A stretch of DNA of 62,945 bases, the filler included, from Reticulomyxa filosa (lineage: Eukaryota; Protista; Foraminifera), in NCBI GenBank assembly GCA_000512085.1. It is 18 parts of 18 records of this genome, joined end to end, with 100 filler letters (N's around TTAATTAATTAA, not from the genome) between each part and the next. Parts side by side here need not be neighbours in the genome. Positions count along the whole stretch, not along the records: positions 22,030 to 30,989 come from ASPP01006022.1; positions 31,090 to 32,705 come from ASPP01048962.1; positions 32,806 to 45,048 come from ASPP01005340.1; 15 more parts are not named here. The stretch is one strand, 5' to 3'. Both the position numbers and the translations under genes were made by a program. Below are positions 27,319 through 39,124 of the stretch, one piece after another. The notes under the pieces are model-generated. The model was not told the DNA's origin. It saw only the letters and a program-made list of their open reading frames with translations, and made no database searches. How positions within the stretch are numbered: the stretch's first letter is position 1; every line of letters begins with the position of its first letter.

Positions 27319-29135
27319 CTACAGTCTCTTTGATCGTTTTAAAAATTTTGTAAACATTGCGAAAAAATACCACACAAAGGGTCCCATCCAAAGCTCAAGA
27401 CAGCGACAAACAATTTGGGCCTCAAAAGGATAAGCCATAAAAAAAGAAGAGTGTCTATGATACGTATACCTAATTAAAGTACTTCCAACAACAACTTGAT
27501 GCAGCACACATTGCATTAAACCGTACAAACAGCTGACAATAGCAATGGTAAGAGCAATGCCAAAGTATCGACCCGGAATTAAGTATTTCCAAATGAAGAC
27601 CCCAAATAAACCTAACCGTTCGCTAAACAAATTTTGATAGTGAGCATTATCGTATTCGAGTGCTAAAATTGCCAAAGGCGTGAGCACTCCAGCGAGACTG
27701 AACAGCACAATTTCGAGTTTCCTGCGTCGATATTCCATATACGCAAAGCAAGCGTAGCAAATGGCGATATCATAAAGGATAAAGATGAATCCAAGCGGAT
27801 CGAGTATAGTGCCGATGCGATTTAACCCACTTGTCAAAAGAGTAGTCCACGAGTATTGATTTTCTGTTTCACTTGTGTTCCCTCTCCAACTGAACAAATT
27901 GCCAGCAAACAATTTACCCGAAAAGTCCCCCAGAGAGTCCCAAAGATAGGCTTGGTGCGTTAGAGTGATCATTGCCAAAAATATGCCACTCACTATTGCA
28001 ATGCAAAAAAAATTGGGAGTCCGATTAAATGACACTCCAATGTAAGTGCCCAATAGCAGGTACATGAATCCTTTTTTTTTTAAAAAAAAAAAAAAAGTTG
28101 GAGTGGAGTTATATGTAGCCCTTTCAACAGAAGAAAAAAAAAAAAAAAAAAAAAGTAACCAATGAAAGCCAAATTGGCAACAATGGTATGAACGATGTCA
28201 TCGGTGACAAGCATTTGCCAAAAAGGCATTGAAACGGAGTCAGTGTTGGAAATGGATGCTGAGGAAGAAGAGGAGTTGAAAACGAGGGATAACCAGAACT
28301 GGAGCAGTAACAGCCAGGCAAAGATGTATTTGAAAAGGAGGAAGATGACAACGTGGCTGCTGTTAACGAGCGTGCGCGCATGCCCGTAGAACAAGCGGAA
28401 ATAGGAATGCGAGTGCCTCCATTCGGGGATAACACACTCCAAAGGATACAAGTTACACCACATTTGAAACGTTACAAATGGGTATAAAAACACGTTTTGT
28501 CTTTTCCCTAAATGTTGGAACATTTGCAACACACTTTTGTTCCGTGATTTTGTTGCCTCCAATTTTTGGGACAATGTGTCCAATAACATCGCAATATTGT
28601 GTTGGTGCACGTATCGACAATACAAATAATAAAACACGATCCCACACAAATGAATTGTCATTGCAAACAACCAAATACCAATCACATACGTAAGAATTTT
28701 GCGTCGTGGATAATTGTACATATACTGCTGGATGACACTTGGCACAATAGTGCTCACATCATATTCAAACATGTCCATACATCGGATTGAAAAAAATGCC
28801 AACCAACTAAACAATTCAATGTAACCCAATACAAATGGCACTATTCCTATCACGTATTTTAGGTTATACGAAAAGTGCAGCTGAGACAAATTGTCCATTA
28901 TGTGTTGCTGACAGAGCCACTCGTAGCCGTCTCCATGTTCGTAACTGCAAACCACATTTGCCAAGTCTTCTGGTAGCGCCTTGCGTAGCTCAGAACGTAA
29001 TGCCAAATATTCCTGTCGATTCTCTTTGTCCTTTTCTCGCAAGAGCTGAGTCAAATCCGAGCGATCACATATTCGCCAATGCTTGGCTGGATCAAATATA
29101 CTTAAAAAATGACACCAAACAAAATTAATTGTCAT
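27319..29135 (-). CDS. Multi-pass membrane protein of unknown function; intron ~28071-28158
   Basis: Two long collinear ORFs rich in hydrophobic helices, joined by a T-run/A-run GT-AG intron. Confidence 0.6.
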
Positions 29136-29460
29136 TTTATAGTAGTAATGTTATCACTTTTTGAATTTTAGCATCTAACAAAACCCCCTTTTTTTCTCCT
29201 TTCTATGTGAACTTTTTTTGTTCGTTCTTCAGTAACTTGGGTCTCACAATGTATCTAAGTTGGAGACAAAATTGTTTCAGAAAATATCCAGCTTTTAGCG
29301 TTTAATACAACATTGAACCAACGATAAAATTTTCATTGGACTTGAAAATAACGTCTATATAAAAGAAATAACCATGAGACACAAAGAAAAGGGTTACACA
29401 GCAAGTTTTTCGAGAAAAATTTTGCAATATTTTTTATACTAAACTCGGCCTCTTGTTGTC

Positions 29461-30093
29461 ATGGCACTTCTTCGTTCAGTATTATACAAGCAACGATCTT
29501 TTTCCCACAATTTCCAAAGACATTTGCCAATTTTAAGAGTACATCCATTGCATTTTCAGTCATTGCGCAGTGTTCAGCAAGTGTTAACAGAAAGCGAATT
29601 AAACAAACCTATAAGTGAAGTACTGTTACGCAAGAGGCTGTTGTTTCGGTGGTAAAGTGAATTTGCATAATATCTTTAAATTTTAAGTAATGTATTCCAA
29701 TTTGTCTCTCTTGTCTTCTGAAGCAAAAATAGAGGGATCAAAGAATTGGATATACTGATGGGCAATTGGGCCGAAAAATATACCAAATCTTTCATCAGAT
29801 GAATTGCACGAATTAACAGAATTGTTGAACTTGGTATATCAGTAAATTTTATGGACATTTACATTTAATTGCAAATTGTGTTTGTATTCTGATTATTAGT
29901 TTTTTGTTTTGTTCGTAAATCAAACAAATTCAAATGAAATGTTTTATGATAAAAGGAAACGTTGGACATGATGAATTATTTAATACAACGAAAAGAATTG
30001 CCGGCAGGACTAATCAATAATTCTGTCATGAAAAAACTGCTTCAATGGCGAGACAAAGGAGACATCCTAGATCACAAAAAAAAATTGAAGTAA
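29461..30093 (+). CDS. SDHAF2: Succinate dehydrogenase assembly factor 2 (Sdh5/SdhE), 3 exons, one frameshift in an A-run near 29775
   Basis: Mitochondrial-type presequence MALLRSVLYKQRSF, then RKRLLFR / KNRGIKELDILMGNWAE / LSSDELHELTELLNL / ETLDMMNYL, matching the RGxxE(L)D flavinator motif. Confidence 0.8.
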
Positions 30094-30761
30094 ATATCAA
30101 ACGAATAACTACATACGACCTTTGTTAATCAGAAAGTGATCGAACTCATTTTTAAGTGTTTGTATGACAATTTTCTCTACAATTTTAACTATTCAGAAAC
30201 GAAGATTATTTCTTTGCAATGGCAAAACTTCATTTGATTGACTTTTATTCCATTTTTCTGCGTGCAACATATTATGATAGACCTCACGAATATGTTCATT
30301 GGAATACTTGCAGTCAAAAAAAATTAAATATTGAACTGTTTGTCTTCAGTAAAGATTATTAAAACTGACTAATTACACTATTTAATGATCCATTCACCAG
30401 TTTTTTGTTGACAAACAAATTGTTTATTAATTATTGTTCACAAAAATTAAATGCAAATAAAAAATTCTATACACGCCAAAAAATAAAATTATAATTTACA
30501 TAAAATTTTTCAATTTCTATTTTTAAATTGAAATTGTCATAAAGTTTAAGTTGTACATTCTCGAACCATTAGAATAATCGGTAATCGTTTCATATTTAAT
30601 TAAAATTGATTATATAAATATATTTTCACATGTAAGGCAAATACATTATCTTTCATAAGTTTGACAATATACATAAATATTTTTCTAGAATATTATGATT
30701 TTTTTCAATTTTACTGAACTCATGACACAAAATATCAACTGCAAATTCTTGCTTAATACAG

Positions 30762-30835
30762 TAAGTTGCAAAGAAAACTGAACGCATAAAATGATATCAT
30801 ATGATGATAATTGATTTTCTCCATGAAAAATCAAC
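30762..30835. repeat. Partial copy of the palindromic MITE family
   Basis: taagttgcaaagaaaactgaacgcataaaatgatatcatatgatgataattgatttt matches the arm of 33811-33930. Confidence 0.75.
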
Positions 30836-31089
30836 ATTTAGACCTAATTTTTTTTTTATTTTAAAAAAAATATCTACAAATCTTGTAGTTTTTAAATATG
30901 AAATTTGTTTTTTAATAACTTTTTTTTTTGTTGGATGGAATCACTATTCTTTCAAATGATTTTTGAAAATTCTGCGAAAATGCGTATCANNNNNNNNNNN
31001 NNNNNNNNNNNNNNNNNNNNNNNNNNNNNNNNNTTAATTAATTAANNNNNNNNNNNNNNNNNNNNNNNNNNNNNNNNNNNNNNNNNNNN

Positions 31090-32705
31090 GTCGAAACGGG
31101 CCAAAAGACCTGGGTGAATCTGGCATGGAAGTTTTCTGCAAAGACTCGTACCAAAAGCATTTTATCATTGTATGACGCAAATGAAACAGCAGGCGTGAAG
31201 AAATGCGTGAGCAAAGTGATCAAACTCTTGAACAATTTTTGGCAATAGAAAAGGAGTCTTTCAATTGGGCCGCCATTGTATCCTCCATGAACCGACTGCA
31301 ATGACATCGCGTTCCGATTTGGTGCTGTTTTTGAGGCAGTGGTTCGACATATCCTCAAATGTGGACGAGAAAAGAGAAAGGACAAGTCCGATAAAGGCGT
31401 TCTTCCATCGCGAATTTGCAATGTAGGATTTGATTCAAAATTATCACATTTTGTTATTCAATAGATTCAAGACAAGGAAACAATCACCAACCTGTGGCAT
31501 AACGTAATGGTGAAGGAGGTGTTGAACAGCAGTTCGCAAAACCAGCCTAATTTGGCCTATTTGCTCACGTCCTTTCACCTCACTTGCTCAAAGAAAGTTG
31601 GCGAAATCGATGCGATAGTAGGGCAGCTCGTTTTTACAATCTTGGAATCTTACATTGCCAACGTGGCAAAGAGAGTCAGCAAATTGAAGCCTTTGGAAAA
31701 CGTCCATCGACGAATTATGCAGTACTTATTGGCATCCACGTCAAATCTTAATCAGCTCTTGAGCGGTGACAAGCGACTGCACTTAGCCAAGTCGGCTATC
31801 GAAATCCACGCAAACGAGCAAATCGAAAACAGCCACATTAAACAATGATCGACCAACTTTGCCAAGAAATTTTATCCGAACAATTCTGGCTCGGTCAACC
31901 AAATTGTTAATCTGATCTATCCTGTCGAGAATATTTCTGCATATACGCGATCGACGGAAGAAAAGAGAAAAATCAAAGTAGTGGAAGAGTCAATGACACT
32001 TACCATTACGCACATGGTTAAGAATGTGTTGAATCGTCGAACTTGGAAGGATTTGTTGAAGTTTTGTTATAAAAAAAAAAGTGTGTGTATTTGTGTGAGG
32101 TGATAAAAATCCATACATTCCCTTTTCAAATTGAAAACAACACCTTGTGACTGGCTCTTATTCGCTTTATTTTGAGGAAGATGTTTTATTATTGATCCGG
32201 TGCACAAACCCAACCTATTTTGGAACGTTTTGTGTATTGATGAGACGTGTAATCGATTGGAAAGCATTATTTGAATGGCTGTTGACCGTCGGAGAGAAAA
32301 AACTTGGCCCGGGCGCAATGATCAGCTTTGGAACATCTTTGCTGAATAACTACGCACCCAATTATTTGCAAACGAAAGAGATCCCATCGAAAGTACATGA
32401 ATGGATAAATATACTTGCGCAAGCGAAGCTCTGTGTTGGAACACTTGTACAAGTACGCGACTCAAGTGTTGAAAAAGTATGTTGTCCAGCAACATTTCCA
32501 TCATTGCATTTAGAGCTGCACGCATTTGGACACGGTCCATGCATTGTTCTATCGCTACCATATTGGAATCCATGTCTCGTATCAAACTGTGCGACAAATT
32601 GGTAGTAGGATTCATTAGCGTCATTCGAGAGGCGGAAAAGTCGGCGTTGGAACAAGACAAGATGATGACTTGATGGGACAGCTCATGGAACAAGTAGCTG
32701 CAGAT
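31090..32705 (+). pseudogene. Fragment of a large helical-repeat-like gene with several stops and frameshifts
   Basis: Coding-like composition across the whole contig; frames broken by TAG/TGA and frameshifts; no family recognised. Confidence 0.4.
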
Positions 32706-33810
32706 NNNNNNNNNNNNNNNNNNNNNNNNNNNNNNNNNNNNNNNNNNNNTTAATTAATTAANNNNNNNNNNNNNNNNNNNNNNNNNNNNNNNNNNNNNNN
32801 NNNNNACTATTAGCGCAAAAGAGGCACTGTCCAACTTGCTTACGGTTCGACAACTTTTTTTTTTGGTCTTCTAATTTGATTTACCCTTTCTAAATACTTA
32901 CAACGAAACACTGTTATAATTTGTTGTGACGAATAGGAAAAACAAGCCCTTTCCTTGAAAAAGCTGTTCAAAGAATTCAAAGCACAAAACGACAACCAAT
33001 TTGCAAACACTACCAAAAAGGAATTTTTAGATTTGCTTTGGAAACTGAGATGCAGCGTTTGTGTAAAATTGCTTTAGCGTCTTGTGAATTTTTACGTTTG
33101 AATTGAATTATTGTTTTAACCTTCCTTTTTTTTGAAACAAAAACACTAGATAGTTATAGTTTTTAGATGTATTAACAAATGTTATTGGCATAATTTTTCA
33201 CAAGGGCAGTTGGCAATATAGATGACGTCAGACGAAAACTATCGATAATGATTTAAGGTAGAACAAAAAGCAAAAGACAAGTTAAAAATAACGTTGATTA
33301 ATTTCTGAATTACTGATAGCGAGAAAAGTGTCACATACAAATGTTATGAAATGATACAAAATTACAATTATATGGGATTTTCTTAAATCTAATGAAAATA
33401 TTCGAATAAAATCTACAACTTGTGAAACAAGACTAAAAACTGGAAACGTAATTCTTATATAAAAAAAAAGCTAACTATTTTTATAATAATTGATTCAAAA
33501 AAAATATGAATCTACGTTAACAACACTGACCGTCCAAACTTGAAAAGAGCAGATCGTTGAAGAAAGTAAGCTTGGCCAACAAGAGAGCAAGCTGATTAAA
33601 ATAACAACCGAAAACGACTATATTATCGATACAGACCAACATCTCCAACAAGCTGTGAACAAAAATAAGCGTCAATGTATCTTTCTCTTTTAATCTAAGT
33701 AATATAGATAAATGAATCAACAAAATAATGGACAGAAGTGGCCTTACAAGACATTGAAGAAAAGGAAACAAGATGGATCATCCTTTAAGGAAGATAAAAA
33801 CAAGATACAT

Positions 33811-33930
33811 TAGGTTGCAAAGAAAACTGAACGCCTAAAACATATCTTATGATGATAATTGATTTTTCATCGAGAAAATTAATTATCATCATAAGATATG
33901 TTTTAGGTGTTCAGTTTTCTTTGCAACCTA
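33811..33930. mobile_element. 120-bp near-perfect palindromic MITE (mariner-like ends, TA flanked)
   Basis: TAGGTTGCAAAGAAAACTGAACGCCTAAAACATATCTTATGATGATAATT...AATTATCATCATAAGATATGTTTTAGGTGTTCAGTTTTCTTTGCAACCTA. Confidence 0.85.
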
Positions 33931-33949
33931 AACGTAGAAACAGCCAAAA

Positions 33950-34790
33950 TGGTTCACAAAATGATTGAAAACAACAAAAAAGGATTAATTATGGTAGCAA
34001 ATGACAAATCTCAATTGGTAGAATCAATGAATTCAAATTCAAGCAAGACTTGTGATGATATTACTTTGTTTAGTCATTATTAAAAAACGACAATGTCAGG
34101 GAAAAATAATTTGTAGAATATGGACTGTATGTAATACAACGCAATTTGGTGATACTGAATGAAGTAAATATTGATGGAAATGTGTATGCAATTGGTGTGA
34201 AATTCGCGCTGTCAAGATAATGTAATTATCACAACACAACTTTTTGTTACATGTGGTGTTACTATCGATCAAAAATTAAAACAATATATTGTACTAATTC
34301 AATGGAATACTAAAATTCATCATGATATTTCAGTACAATTACAATGCATTGATCAATGTATTGAGCAAGATCCAATTTTACTTTTGCAGCAAGCCATAAC
34401 ACTTTGCTTGGAGTGGAAAATTTTGGAACAAATCATCATTATGTTGCCAATTCCTACAATAATTTAGGCATTGTTTATAAAAGGAAAGAAATACATAACA
34501 AGGCAATTGAATGCTATGAAAAAGCATTAAAAATTAACTTGGAATTTCTCAAAGATAATCAATATGATATATCCGAATTATACAACAATTTAGGATTCAC
34601 TCACTATATAAAGATGAATGAATATGATAAATCAATTGAATATTTTGAATTATCATTAACAATAAAACAATGCATCTTTGATAAAGCACGCAGATCAATT
34701 GGAGACGCAAATTGGAAATTGGGAATTGTTTATGAAGAAAAGGGAAATATGTAAAAAGCATTCAAACATTATGAAGCGCATGGAAACCAT
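33950..34790 (+). pseudogene. TPR-repeat protein pseudogene
   Basis: ANSYNNLGIVY..AIECYEKALKI; ELYNNLG..KSIEYFELSL; upstream frame broken and a premature TAA at 34752. Confidence 0.65.
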
Positions 34791-34999
34791 AACAACTACA
34801 ACACAGCCACTTTACAAGTCGTAACATACGAAAAAAGATTTTACGGGCTATAACTTGAAACTCATAAGCAAATTTATCAATTTAAAGAAGAAATCAAACA
34901 AGTTTGTTGGGGAAATATGCAAAGTTTTAGAATTTTCATTGAAAATCGAGAGAGAAGAGCTTGACCACAATAAAAAAAATGACAAACAAAAAGCCAAAA

Positions 35000-36566
35000 T
35001 TATAAGTAGAAACTCTTAGGAAAGCCAAAAATCACTCTAAAATTGAGTTGGTCTTGATAGGAGCCCCACCAATGAACAGCATTCAAAATCTGGACAAAAT
35101 GGATTTTACGATTCCATTTTCCATATTCTTTCGGGTTCCATTGCTGTTTTACATAATCATTAAGTCTTTCTTCAACCTCTGGAAGTGCTCCAAGACAGAC
35201 AACAGCTCCACCAACACGAAAGTGTTGCACATACTTCAAAATTTGTTTGCAAGCTTTTTTCCAAAGGAAGCATAGCATGGACGGCCAAAAATAGTAGGAT
35301 TTAATTTCAACCCAGCCAACAGGACGTTCGTTAATGAAGAACTTGCAACCATTTTGACACTGAAAAAAGATGTCAGGACTTACCATTCTTTTGGTGTTTG
35401 GTAAATGTTTTTCGCAAATGAGTAACACATTGTCGTGTTGCTGGATTGATTTGAGACAATCATTAAAAAAATTGATTATTATATCCTCAAACCCTTGTGC
35501 ACCAAAGCGTAAATGAAATTGGTGATGAAATCCAAAGAGGGGATCGGATAGGTACAATTTGATGAAATCGACGTACTGTTCAAACGAAACCCCTTTCAAA
35601 AAAGGATACCGCTGTTGATGCAAAAAAAACTTGCTTTTCAAATAATCTAAAAACCAGCCTGTGTCCAAGTAATGTAGACTATAAGGAATAACTGGATTTT
35701 CCATTTGTTTTTTTTTTGTTTGTTTTTATTTTTATTACTATTATTGTTGCTATCATTATCATTATTATTGTTATGATTTCGCGTATTAAATTCATTTATT
35801 ACAAATAAAGCTTTTGCCATCACATCTTGGATGGCTTCCATTTCTTTTGTATTTGGATTGGATTGTTTATATTGTTGAAGCCAGTCGTTTAAGTTCACTA
35901 AATTCAAGCCAAACAAATCCGCAATAACCACTTTCATACTGGTTTTCGGCTTATTGTATCGCATGTCACGCAAAACGTACTCCGTGACCAGCGCCGGACT
36001 TAGTCGCTGCGATTGACAATATGCAAAGATTTCGCTCCTTGGACACTGGAATATTCTCGGAATAGCAAAGACTCTTCGGGCTCAGATAAGAAGTTTACGT
36101 GATACATAAACTCTTTCAGCTTTGCTTTTGTATTGACAGAACAACTTGCCATTTTGTTTCGACAAGTGTAACCTCGAACGGTATGTATTAGCATGTAAAA
36201 CAATTGGTTATTTTTTGCTGTGAGCATCTCCTTTAGCTTTGGTTCAAAGCTTTGCATGCACGCAGGGAGCACTTTTTGTTCGAGCCAGTCGTATGGTATC
36301 TCTTTCAGCCAACATGTTTTGTCTACTACCTTTAGCTCTTTCAATTTTTTATGCAACTTTTTCAACTCTATTTGCGGCAATGGATTTGGATTTGTCCAGG
36401 TCATCATTGCATTGGAAAATGGCTTTGTCATGGACTGGCTTAGAGTTATTTTCACAAACTCGGCTTTTGCAAGTTGTTCACGGCAAGTAAGCCCCGGTTC
36501 GGACCGACAGTTGTTGCTGTCGCCACTTGTTGCCTTTTCTTCTTCTTTGCTATCGTGTTCAATCAT
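35000..36566 (-). CDS. CDIN1/C15orf41-like PD-(D/E)XK nuclease-domain protein; three collinear ORFs joined by apparent frameshifts
   Basis: GAQGFE..ICEKHL..SPDIFF..INERPVGWVEIKSYY..QILKYVQHFRVGGAVV parallels the CDIN1 (TPD) nuclease motif order. Confidence 0.55.
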
Positions 36567-37044
36567 TTTTCAAAGGCTGGGAAAATAAATTTTTTTTTTT
36601 ATTTAGACTTGTCAGACCTTTCTTTTTCTACTGCAAAAGCTTCAAGTACAAGAACAGTAGTTTAAAATTATTTAGAAAGAAAAAATTAACATAAAAATAT
36701 GCAGTGACGCAAAAATAAAAAAGAAAGTATGTTTAACAGATTTGAAAGTTTCATTTATATAACTGAAACCAAGAAATAGCTAAAAAAATTTTCCTCGAAG
36801 CTTTTCAAAATTCAATAAATTTGTCCTTTATTATAAAAAATCTTGAAGAGTATTGACTTCAAGCCCGAAAAAATTAAGTAACAGCAGTTTCACATGCTTT
36901 TCAGTGAGGTACCTTTCTGCCGAAGAATGAAAAATAACTTTTCAAAAAAAAAAGGTGAACTTGAAAGGTTCTTCATCAGACCTAGTTTGAATTGACTATT
37001 ATCGCCAATAAAAATATTTGAAAGGAAAAAAAAGACAATATCAA

Positions 37045-38108
37045 ATGCGGTATATATTGTCTCTCCCCTTTACTATACGCAGCAGCAAAAGAAGGAATTT
37101 TGCCCTCTCTGAACAATCCGCACATTTAAACAAACAAATTGTTGAAACAGGTCCCTTTTTTGTGTGAAACAATTGTCGAAACGTTTGCAACACCCATTGG
37201 AATGCACTCACCAGTTCCTTCCTGGTTTGATTCCATCATCGCTGTTGAGGTAGAGCGAACTGGATTATTTGTCGTTTATGACTATGTTTGTATTTGTGTA
37301 TTATTGAATAATAATGTACACGATAGTATGACCAAAAGAACGGGAGGAGAGAAGGATAAAAGGGGGACCCTTAGGAGAGCGGAAGAGGAAAAAAAAAAAA
37401 AAAAGCATATAATGTTGAAAAAAACAAACAGCGTGCAATTATATCAAAAGAGAACATCAAGTGGAGGACATGGGTCCGACCATAAGGGAGGTGATGGACA
37501 CAAACATGGGCATTCTCACGGAGGTCCAAACAAATCATTTGACTCGTGGTCAAAGTCAGGAGAGAAAGCAGATATTCATAGCAACGAGCCAAACAATCCC
37601 TATCTCTGGGATCCAACGTACAGCCCTGCCGAAGAAACTGATTTCGACAGGTTTGTCCCCGAAAATCGTCCACGAAACGTATTACCCAAGGAAAACTCCA
37701 TTCCAAAAGAGGTCATATTGGAACGCATCACCAAAGTTTGCAGAGGAATGGAACGAGCAAAAACTGAAGGGAAAACAATCACCGCCACCACACATTTAAC
37801 CAATGATTTGGGATTGGACTCTTTGGATCAGGTTTGTTTATGTTTCTCTGTTCTTGTTCATTTGGTTTATTATTTATTTTATTTATTTATCTTATTTACT
37901 TTCTCGCATCTTACAACGTTGTTGATTGGGTGCAAACATTTTGGATATGTTAATCGCTTTTGCATTACTGTGTTTGTGGGTTCAGGTTGAGTTCAGTTTA
38001 GCACTTGAAGATGAGTTTGATATTGAAATTGCTGATGAAGAGGCTGAACAGGTTGTCACCATTGGGGATGCGGTTGACTTAATTGCTGACCACCCAAAAG
38101 CACGATAA
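37045..38108 (+). CDS. NDUFAB1: Mitochondrial acyl carrier protein. Predicted exons 37045-37049, 37151-37249, 37432-37831, 37986-38108.
   Basis: [13 protein letters not shown]|[21 protein letters not shown] with the phosphopantetheine DSL motif; spliced N-terminus [16 protein letters not shown] resembles a presequence. Confidence 0.85.
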
Positions 38109-39124
38109 AAAACACTGTAATTTGCAACATTTTGTTGGACTAATTGTCTCAGTTAATGTTTGGACATCCATATGAAAAACAGGAAGATGATGAAGGAGGA
38201 GGAGGGGGGGGACTATTTTGTCTCTCTTTGTTTGTTTGTCTTGATTTGTTTAATACTCTTTCGTGCACGTGTGTGTTGTGTGCGTGACTGGGAAAACAGA
38301 ACATTAAGCACTAGAAATTGTGGGAAAATTTTCTTCCTTGCTCTCCTTCATGAAATTTGTTCACTTTTCATGCGCAGTTGTCTTTTTTTCCACGGAAAAA
38401 AACAGCTCTAATTTTCTTAAATAATTTGCAATACAGTTTGTTCTGGTGGGAGACAGTTGAGGGTATCTCGATCGCTTTGGTTCACCAAAAAAAAAAGCAC
38501 AATCATCTTTGACAATGTCTTAATTGAGACACGTAGAATATAATGCAATTCTTTGTACGAATTTGATTTAATCATTCTTTAACTAATTGCAGAGGGTCGT
38601 TGATACTTTTTTTTGCTAACAAACTACAAAAAAAGGTAGTGGCTTCGAAAAAGAAATACTATGTTCGGTACATTTTTTAAAAGACCAAATGAGTTTCCAA
38701 ACTAAAACAATAAGAGTGGCTGAGAGCTAGTTGACCGAAAAAATATTTCTTAGGAACGAATATTTAAAAAATAGTGTTGTTATATCAACAACACTAATAT
38801 CAATGATTTGAAAAGCATACTTTGCTCAAAACAAAGGATCTAAAGTCATCGCACAATAATTTTGAAAAATATTACTTGGGACATATAACTAACAAAAAAA
38901 TCATTTTCGAATACGCTTTGATGTTGGCGCGTTTTATTTTTAGTTTATTTTTTAATGCAGCATTATTGTTCTTCGTTTTGTTGTTTTTGAGCTGTTGCAG
39001 ATATGACAGGATTTGCCGAACCACAGCAAATACTTTACACTTTCAGTGTGCAAGTGTTTTTCCGACGTTCTGGCAAAAAAATTCCTTTTTTATTTTGAAA
39101 TAACAACATTTGATAAGCACTGAA

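Noticed and set aside
31090-32705. In-frame TAG/TGA suggesting stop-codon reassignment
   Set aside because: Frameshifts co-occur with the stops, and intact genes end in TGA (CFAP20), TAA (ACP, SDHAF2) and TAG (WD40); a pseudogene is the simpler explanation
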